DNA from: an uncultured Verrucomicrobiae bacterium
GTDB taxonomy: Bacteria > Verrucomicrobiota > Verrucomicrobiia > Chthoniobacterales > JACTMZ01
Direction: 5' to 3'
Assembly: GCA_963776165.1 (NCBI GenBank)
Contig: CAVZLI010000001.1
Coordinates: 2,390 to 66,389, forward strand
Length of the DNA: 64,000 bases
The notes beneath the pieces were generated by a model. It made no database searches. It was not told the origin of the DNA and worked only from the letters and a program-made list of their open reading frames with translations. Positions 57,888 to 64,000 of the stretch are shown piece after piece; positions within the stretch are counted from its first letter, which is position 1; each line of letters begins with the position of its first letter. Position numbers and translations under genes: made by a program.

Positions 57888-59311
57888 AGTTTGAAGATGG
57901 AGATGAGGGTGATGTCGTCGTATTGGGGCGCCTCGCCGGCAAACTCGCGCAACTCGTCGGCGATGTTGGCCACCGTGGCCTCCGCGCCTTTCGGGGCGTT
58001 GGCCTGAACGGCTTGGGTCAACCGGGCAAGGCCGAATTCGGCTTCATGCCGGTCGAGGGCCTCGGTGGCCCCGTCCGTGTAGAGCAGGATGCCGTCACCC
58101 GGTCCGAGCTTGACCGTTTCGTCGGCCAAGACCCTATCGAACACGTCGCCGCTGTCAACGCCGGCTGCGATGCCCGGAGGACTCAAGGGGACGACCTGCC
58201 GGCCCGTGGCGCGGTAGAGGAGGGGCGGGTCGTGGCCGGCCCGTGCCATGGTCACATCGCCCGAGCGGGTATCGAGGACGAGGTAAAGCATGCTGACGAA
58301 CATGTCTTCTTTGATGTCGGGGTAGAGCTGACGGTTGACCTGCCGGAGGGCCTCCGCGGCGGAAGTGCAACCGGGGGCCGCGCCGCGCATTATGGTGCGG
58401 CACATGCCGGTGATGAGGGCGGCGGGAATGCCTTTGCCGGAGACGTCGGCGATGACGATGCCCCAGTGGTGCTCGTCGATTTGCAGGTAGTCGAAATAAT
58501 CGCCGCTGACGTGCCGCGCCGGAATGTTGAGCCCGCTGATCCGGTAGCCGTCAACGGCGGGTGCCCGGGCGGGCAGGAGGATGCTTTGGATTTCCCGCGC
58601 GGTGACGATGTCGCTGTCGAGGCGTTTCTTCTCCCCGGCCTCGAGGTAGACGGCCTCGCTGAAAAGGGCGAAGGCGGATTGCTCGGCGATGGCTTTGAAG
58701 ACCGCGAGATCATCGGAGGAAAAAGGGGAAGCCATGGGTCCGTTGACCACCGCGAGGACGCCGAGGATTTTCCCGCGGTAAGCAAGGCAACCGACGAGTG
58801 CGGAGGTGGCGCGTTGCCCGTCGCCAGCCAGCCCGGCCAGCTCGGGATCGGCAAAACTGAAGAGGCGCACGCCGCTCTCCTTCCACATGCGCGCCACGGC
58901 ACCTTCGCCGGGGTGGACGGGGTGCAGACGGAGGAAGCTTTCCATGGCCACGGGATTGGCGGCGGCCTGCCGCCGGATGTGTTCCGGCACGGCGATGAGC
59001 GGCGCGCAGGTGCGGCTGATGTAGGCCGGACTGAGGAAGTTGCCGGAGCGGTCGAGGAGGTAGAGCGCCCCGCCGTGGGCATCGAGGATGCGTGTCGCAC
59101 TTTCGACGATGAGGCGGTGCAATTCGCGGCGTCCGCCGGAACCGCCGAAGGCCTCGCCGAGGCCATGGAGGAAATCGAAGACTTTTTCCTCTTCGGCCCG
59201 CAGTTCCCGCCACTCGCGGCCGAGTGACCGCAGGGCACGGCGCTGGCTGGCGACCCGCCATGCGAGGTAGGCCGAGAGCAGGATGAAGAGGATGAGCAGG
59301 CCGGTGACCAT
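57884..59311 (-). CDS. GAF-domain PP2C/SpoIIE-family serine phosphatase (RsbU-like) with N-terminal TM helix
   Basis: The ATG at complement 59311 gives MVTGLLILFILLSAYLAW. The SpoIIE motifs are ARHVSGDYFDY, IADVSGKGIPAAL, LLYTDGATEA and DDITLISI. Confidence 0.85.
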   Translation of the reverse strand: MVTGLLILFILLSAYLAWRVASQRRALRSLGREWRELRAEEEKVFDFLHGLGEAFGGSGGRRELHRLIVESATRILDAHGGALYLLDRSGNFLSPAYISRTCAPLIAVPEHIRRQAAANPVAMESFLRLHPVHPGEGAVARMWKESGVRLFSFADPELAGLAGDGQRATSALVGCLAYRGKILGVLAVVNGPMASPFSSDDLAVFKAIAEQSAFALFSEAVYLEAGEKKRLDSDIVTAREIQSILLPARAPAVDGYRISGLNIPARHVSGDYFDYLQIDEHHWGIVIADVSGKGIPAALITGMCRTIMRGAAPGCTSAAEALRQVNRQLYPDIKEDMFVSMLYLVLDTRSGDVTMARAGHDPPLLYRATGRQVVPLSPPGIAAGVDSGDVFDRVLADETVKLGPGDGILLYTDGATEALDRHEAEFGLARLTQAVQANAPKGAEATVANIADELREFAGEAPQYDDITLISIFKL

Positions 59312-59357
59312 AGGCCCCGCGAGGGTCCCGCAGGTTAGAGCTGGGAGCGGACCCGCA

Positions 59358-59858
59358 TCAAGGGTGCGCTTGGCCGTCCTGATCCTCGTGTTTGAGGAAA
59401 TCGATGACGTCTTTGAAGCGCACGGCGTTGTCCGGATTAGCCGCCACGAGGTTCTCGTGGGCCTCGATGATGGTCTCTCGCTTGGCCTCGTGCGGCGGGT
59501 GGCCTTCGGCGTCATGGAGTTCGGCCGGGGGAGGGGCGGCGGAGGAATCGTCCACGGTGAACACGCGATCGAGCCCGAGATTGCGCAGGATCGAGCGGCA
59601 GCGTTCGTTGGCCCGGATCACACGGAGGCTGCCCTCGGGGCCGAGTTTCAAAGCGATGCCGGCCAGAGTGCCCATGAAAGTGGAATCCATCAGTTCGCAG
59701 TCCTTCAGGTCGACGACGAAGTGGCGGTGGCCGCGTCCGGCCATCTGCTTGGCGAATTCCTTCAGTCCGGTGCTGTTCTGGAATGAACCGCGCCCCTGCA
59801 CGCGGATCCAGACGGCGGAGTCGCCGACGCCGACCTGGACTGAGGAAACGGCACTCAC
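59358..59858 (-). CDS. STAS-domain anti-sigma-factor antagonist-like protein with C-terminal extension
   Basis: VVDLKDCELMDSTFMGTLAGI is the SpoIIAA/RsbV-type motif with the phosphorylatable Ser. An extra ~55 aa tail follows. Confidence 0.8.
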   Translation of the reverse strand: MSAVSSVQVGVGDSAVWIRVQGRGSFQNSTGLKEFAKQMAGRGHRHFVVDLKDCELMDSTFMGTLAGIALKLGPEGSLRVIRANERCRSILRNLGLDRVFTVDDSSAAPPPAELHDAEGHPPHEAKRETIIEAHENLVAANPDNAVRFKDVIDFLKHEDQDGQAHP

Positions 59859-59927
59859 AGGGAAATTTTCAACGGCAACAGACAGCGCGGCGCGCCGCTG
59901 TCAAACGCGGGGCGCGGCGCGGGGCGG

Positions 59928-60443
59928 TCATTTCCAGAGGTAGGACTGGGTGAAGGCCACGATGCGGTCGTTCTCGATGAGCAGGCAACGCCACGCGGTG
60001 GCGGGGCCGTCCCATTGGTAGTTGTCGCCGGTGACCTGGAAGGAACTCTTCATCGTGCCCTTGGCTTGCGGGACGAAAATTTCCTGTGCAAGGACCGCGT
60101 TGCCGGTCTTGGCCTGGCGGTATTCGAAGCGCACGGTCAGGTCCGCGGGGCGGCGGGCGCGCCAGAAAATATCGTAGTAAGTGCCCTCCCGTTGGCGGCG
60201 CTCGTCGTCGGAAAGAGCGCCGTAATTGAGGTAGTTCCTCTCGAAGTTGATCATCTCGTTGCGCGTCGGGATGGCGTTGATCTCGGCTTGGTTCAGCGTG
60301 CGGCGCACTTTGCGGAACTCGAAGTCGTTGTCGAGGGCGAGGGGGAGCACGTTGGCTTCGGGCATCTCCACGGGCGGCGCCGTGGGCGTGACGCATGAAG
60401 CGAGCAGCAAAGCGGCGGGCAAGAGGCCGAGATGCAATTTCAT
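59928..60443 (-). CDS. Hypothetical lipoprotein
   Basis: The ATG at complement 60443 gives MKLHLGLLPAALLLASC (lipobox). The product is 171 aa with no recognised family. Confidence 0.6.
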   Translation of the reverse strand: MKLHLGLLPAALLLASCVTPTAPPVEMPEANVLPLALDNDFEFRKVRRTLNQAEINAIPTRNEMINFERNYLNYGALSDDERRQREGTYYDIFWRARRPADLTVRFEYRQAKTGNAVLAQEIFVPQAKGTMKSSFQVTGDNYQWDGPATAWRCLLIENDRIVAFTQSYLWK

Positions 60444-60537
60444 CACGGCATGAAAGAAGGTTTGTTGTCCGATGTCAAACGGCTGGAAAAAAGCAATTTG
60501 TCTTGCGTGGGCGGCGGCGTGCTCCGGATGCTGACCG

Positions 60538-61107
60538 GTGATGAGCCACTTCAACGATTCCCTGACGGCCGCGCGGGAGACCTTCGACGCATTGGGTCCG
60601 CTCGAGGCGCCCCTCCTGCGTGCGGCCGAGGCGGCCTTCGGCGCCCTGACCACCGGCCGCAAGTTGCTTTTCTGCGGCAACGGCGGCAGCGCGTCCGACG
60701 CAGCGCACATTGCCGCGGAATTTGTCTGCCGCTTCAAGGAGGACCGCCGGCCTTACCCGGCGCTGGCCTTGGGCGTGGACGGCGGATTGCTCACCGCCAT
60801 CGGCAACGACTACGAATTCAACGATTCCTTCGCGCGTCAGGTCCACGCCTTCGGTCAGAACGGCGACGTGCTTATCGTCATCTCGAGTTCCGGCCAGTCG
60901 CGCAACGTGCTGGCCGCGATCGAGGAAGCGCGCCGCCGCGGGGTGACGACCGTCGCCCTGCTGGGACGCGATGGTGGCTTCACCAAAGGCGCGGCCGACA
61001 TCGAACTTATTGTTCCCGGCGCCTCCACGGCGAGGATCCAGGAAGCGCAGAAATTCCTCCTGCACGTTTTCTGCGAATTGCTCGAGGCTCGGCTGCCCAA
61101 GGAATGA
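60538..61107 (+). CDS. gmhA: SIS-domain phosphoheptose isomerase (GmhA/DiaA family)
   Basis: LFCGNGGSASDAAHIAAEF and VLIVISSSGQSRNVL. Confidence 0.85.
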   Translation: MMSHFNDSLTAARETFDALGPLEAPLLRAAEAAFGALTTGRKLLFCGNGGSASDAAHIAAEFVCRFKEDRRPYPALALGVDGGLLTAIGNDYEFNDSFARQVHAFGQNGDVLIVISSSGQSRNVLAAIEEARRRGVTTVALLGRDGGFTKGAADIELIVPGASTARIQEAQKFLLHVFCELLEARLPKE

Positions 61108-62150
61108 GTGCGTGGGCCGCTTCCGCCGTGGTGGCGGTTTTCGGGCTGGTCTGCGGTTCGTTCCTCAACGCGGTCATCCACCGCCTCCCGCGCGGCATCG
61201 GTCTGGGGCGCCCGCGCCGGTCGTTTTGTCCGGAGTGCGGACGCTCGTTGCCGTGGTATGAAAATATCCCGGTGTTCAGTTGGCTCTTCCTCCGCGGGCG
61301 TTGCGCCGGTTGCGGCGCGGGTATCTCCGCGCGCTACCCGGCGGTCGAGTTGCTCACGGCTTTGCTGTTCGTCTGGCTGTGGCTGGCTTTCCCGCCGTGG
61401 GTGGCGGTGGCCTACATGATTTTCGCGGCCTTGCTCGTCGCCGGAACCTTCATCGATCTCGAGCATATGATCCTGCCCGACAGCCTGACGCTGGGCGGCG
61501 CGGCGGCCGGGGTGGTCCTGAGCATGCTCATCGAGGGTTTGCAACCCGGCGCCGGTTGGGAGGAGCGCTTGCGTTCCAGTTTATTCGGGGCCGGGGTCGG
61601 CTTCGCCGTGCTCTTTGCCGTGGTCGAACTGGGCAAGCTGGCTTTCGGGCGCAAGCGCGTCGATCTGGATCCCGCGGAGGACTTCGTGCTCACCGGGACG
61701 GCGGAGGAACCGGTGTTGAAATTCGGCGAAGAGGAACTCGCGTTGGCGGAGATGTTCTACCGTCCCTCCGACGTTCTCGAAGTGCACGGCACCGACGGCA
61801 GGAGTTGGCGCTTCCGTCTCGACGGCGCGATGCAGGATGGCGCGCGCGCGGACTATGCCGAGGCGCTGGGATGGCGGGGGACGGCGCAGGCGGTGGTCAT
61901 CCCGCGGGAGGCCATGGGCTTCGGCGATGTGAAATTCATGCTTACGCTCGGCGCTTTTCTCGGCTGGCCCGGCGCGCTTTTCAGCATCGCGGCCGGGTCC
62001 GTCATCGGTGCCCTGGCCGGCATCGGGATGCTGCTGGCCCGACGCTTGGAATCAGCCGGGCGTATTCCGTTCGGTCCCTACCTTGCCGCCGGGGCGCTGT
62101 TGTGGGTGGCGGCCGGACCGGAAGTGGTTCGCTGGCTTTTTGTCCGCTGA
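61104..62150 (+). CDS. Prepilin peptidase (A24 family) with large internal insertion
   Basis: The ATG overlaps the gmhA stop (ATGA). Zn-binding CPECG..CAGCG, and catalytic Asp contexts TFIDLEH and GFGDVKF. Confidence 0.85.
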   Translation: MSAWAASAVVAVFGLVCGSFLNAVIHRLPRGIGLGRPRRSFCPECGRSLPWYENIPVFSWLFLRGRCAGCGAGISARYPAVELLTALLFVWLWLAFPPWVAVAYMIFAALLVAGTFIDLEHMILPDSLTLGGAAAGVVLSMLIEGLQPGAGWEERLRSSLFGAGVGFAVLFAVVELGKLAFGRKRVDLDPAEDFVLTGTAEEPVLKFGEEELALAEMFYRPSDVLEVHGTDGRSWRFRLDGAMQDGARADYAEALGWRGTAQAVVIPREAMGFGDVKFMLTLGAFLGWPGALFSIAAGSVIGALAGIGMLLARRLESAGRIPFGPYLAAGALLWVAAGPEVVRWLFVR

Positions 62151-62156
62151 GCGCCC

Positions 62157-63089
62157 TCAGCGCCTCCAGCGGCTGATTTGCAGGAAGGTCTGCACGGCGA
62201 GGAAAAGAATAACAAAGATAACCACGGACAGCGCTGCCGCCCAACCGAAGCGGTAGTAGGTGAAGGCGGCCTTGTAGACGTAGGAAACGAGGATCTGTGT
62301 GGCGTCGCCCGGTTCCCCGCCGTTGGAGAAGAGCCAAATGACGTTGAGGTTGTTGAAATTCCAGATGATGCCGAGCGTGGTGGCCGGGAGCATGACGGGG
62401 CGCAGGAGCGGGACGGTCAGCCGCGTGAACTGTCGCCACGGGGATGCTCCTTCGAGGGTGGCCGATTCATAAACCGACGACGGAATGCTGCGCAGTCCGG
62501 CGAGGGCCACGACCATCATGAAGGGAAAGCCCATCCACACGTTGACCAGCATGGCGGCGCTGAAGGCCGGCAGTGGCGACGTGAGCCATTCAACGGGGGC
62601 GAGGCCGAAGGTCGCGGCGAGGAAGGCATTCACCGGTCCTTGGTCGCCGTGGAACATGCCGCGCCAGGTGAGGGCGGTGATGTATTGCGGCATGGCCCAG
62701 GGCAGGAGAAGGAGGACGCGCCAGGCGGAGCCGCCGCCGAGGAAATGCTGATGCAGAAGCACCGCGAGAAAAACGCCGATCGCAACCTGCAGCAGGGTTG
62801 TCACGGCCGTCCAGATGATCGTTTTGCTGAAAATGATCCAGAATTCCGGCTCGCGGAAAACGAGCAGGTATTGCGAGAGGCCGGCGAATTTCCACCCGCG
62901 GATGCGGTAGATGCTCGCGTCGGAAAAGGAGATAAGAACGTTGTAGACAAGCGGGTAGACCAGCACGAGGACAAGGACGACCAGAGCCGGCAGCAGGCAA
63001 AGAGCGAGGAAGCCGCGGCGGCGGGCCGCCGGATCCCATTCGCTCAGCCCGACCAGGGCCGTGGCGCGGGTTTGCGGGTGGTTTTTCAC
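62157..63089 (-). CDS. Carbohydrate ABC transporter permease (MalF/UgpA-like)
   Basis: The GTG at complement 63089 overlaps the upstream SBP stop (GTGA). EAA-loop region YESATLEGASPWRQFTRLTVPLLRP and 6 TM segments. Confidence 0.85.
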   Translation of the reverse strand: MKNHPQTRATALVGLSEWDPAARRRGFLALCLLPALVVLVLVLVYPLVYNVLISFSDASIYRIRGWKFAGLSQYLLVFREPEFWIIFSKTIIWTAVTTLLQVAIGVFLAVLLHQHFLGGGSAWRVLLLLPWAMPQYITALTWRGMFHGDQGPVNAFLAATFGLAPVEWLTSPLPAFSAAMLVNVWMGFPFMMVVALAGLRSIPSSVYESATLEGASPWRQFTRLTVPLLRPVMLPATTLGIIWNFNNLNVIWLFSNGGEPGDATQILVSYVYKAAFTYYRFGWAAALSVVIFVILFLAVQTFLQISRWRR

Positions 63090-64000
63090 GGCATGCCCTC
63101 CTCGATGCGCTGCTCGGCCTCGCGCTGCATTTCGCGCGCGGCTTCTTCGGGGGTGAGATCCCCGGTAAAAACGCGGCGGTAAGGACCGCGGATACCGTCC
63201 CAAATATAGCGCAGGTTGGCGTGGATCGGCATGGGCACGGCATTCTTCGATTGCTCGAGCGCGAGTTGCAACACGGGGTTGTTGCGGAACTCGGGCGACT
63301 CGAGCGCGCGGCGCAGGGTGGGCGTGGTGAACAGGCGTTGGGCCATGGCCAGCTGGATTTCCTCGCCGGTGAAAAACTCGAGCACACGCCGGACGAGGGC
63401 GAATTTTTCCGGCGGGGTGTTGATGCTGAGGCAGTATCCCTTGGCAGCAATGACCGGACGACAGCGCAACCCGGTCTCCGTGTTCAGCGGCAGCAGGGCC
63501 AGCATGCTGCTTTCAGGCACCCCGTAATCGGACCAAGCCCACGGGCCGTTGATGATCATGGCCGCGCGCTTGCGCAGGAACATGAGGTTCGCCGTGTTAT
63601 AGTCCTCGTAGCGCGGGATCACCCCGTGCTTGTCCCGCAGGTCGAGGATGAATTGCAGGGCGGAGCGCATGGCCGGTGTGTCGAGGGTGGGGTTGCCCTC
63701 CTCGTCCATGATCCACCCGCCGAAACCCGTGAGGAAGGGGATGAAGAAATACGGCTCCGCGTAATTCCAGGTGAGCGCGTAGCGCTCGGCGCGGCCCCCG
63801 CTGCGCAGGGTGAGGCTTTGTCCGAGGGCGACCAATTCTTCGAGTGTCTCCGGGGGCCGGACCACTGCCTGGCGGTCGTAGATGAGCATGAGCTGGTTGC
63901 CGATCTGGTCGGCCACCATCCATGGTTGACCTTCCCAGCGGACAACGCCGTCGCCGGTGAACCGGTCAAAGAATTCCGGTCCGAGCACCGCGTCCCACGG
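63086..64000 (-). CDS. ABC transporter extracellular solute-binding protein (family 1, sugar type); 5' end outside window
   Basis: The frame is open to nt 64000. The maltodextrin-binding-like C-terminal lobe reads ..AAMIINGPWAWSDY..KGYCLSINT..VPMPIHANLRYIWD... Confidence 0.8.
   Translation of the reverse strand, partial: PWDAVLGPEFFDRFTGDGVVRWEGQPWMVADQIGNQLMLIYDRQAVVRPPETLEELVALGQSLTLRSGGRAERYALTWNYAEPYFFIPFLTGFGGWIMDEEGNPTLDTPAMRSALQFILDLRDKHGVIPRYEDYNTANLMFLRKRAAMIINGPWAWSDYGVPESSMLALLPLNTETGLRCRPVIAAKGYCLSINTPPEKFALVRRVLEFFTGEEIQLAMAQRLFTTPTLRRALESPEFRNNPVLQLALEQSKNAVPMPIHANLRYIWDGIRGPYRRVFTGDLTPEEAAREMQREAEQRIEEGMP

Noticed and set aside
59881-59902. The hairpin gacagcg-cggcgcgc-cgctgtc between the lipoprotein and STAS genes, considered as a terminator.
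   Set aside because: The stem is only 7 bp and there is no U-tract on the relevant (minus) strand. This is not enough support to list it as a feature.

Overview
This is a GC-rich bacterial chromosome segment. The gene content (PEP-CTERM protein, H-X9-DG prepilin-like protein, NamZ, LemA-M48 pair, giant Ig/MBG-repeat adhesin) looks Verrucomicrobiota (Opitutales-like), but that is inference only. I can support about 65 protein-coding loci and one intact tRNA (initiator tRNA-fMet, 26833-26909). I saw no rRNA, no CRISPR array and no intact IS element. Core blocks: (1) mscS; (2) a tightly coupled same-strand array fabG-sixA-ogg-tonB-exbB-exbD-def-DUF697-DUF72-5'-nuclease (9.0-16.6 kb); (3) envelope genes (3D-domain, namZ, skp); (4) fba-hpt-PiT; (5) epimerase-PPTase-lemA-M48-PDZ; (6) ilvD; (7) recF/hisS-aspS-UGPase; (8) grpE-dnaJ plus an unknown acidic protein; (9) a GAF-PP2C/STAS partner-switching pair; (10) gmhA-prepilin peptidase; (11) a sugar ABC transporter. 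The accessory block spans 23.3-37.0 kb. It holds a decayed integrative element bounded by a 5'-half copy of the tRNA and the intact tRNA, with nested 32-bp direct repeats, a frameshifted tyrosine integrase, intact hipB-hipS and a truncated hipT kinase. It also holds two divergent RHH genes, a PEP-CTERM protein and a ~7.5 kb Ig/MBG-repeat adhesin gene. The most unusual sequence-level pattern is at least eight places where well-conserved proteins continue in the next frame after exactly one surplus nucleotide (photolyase, NamZ, PPTase x2, adhesin x2, AP-like protein, integrase). From sequence alone I cannot tell whether these are insertion-type assembly errors or real pseudogenes. I did not find a clear-cut novel multi-gene system; the best follow-up candidates are listed in the findings.
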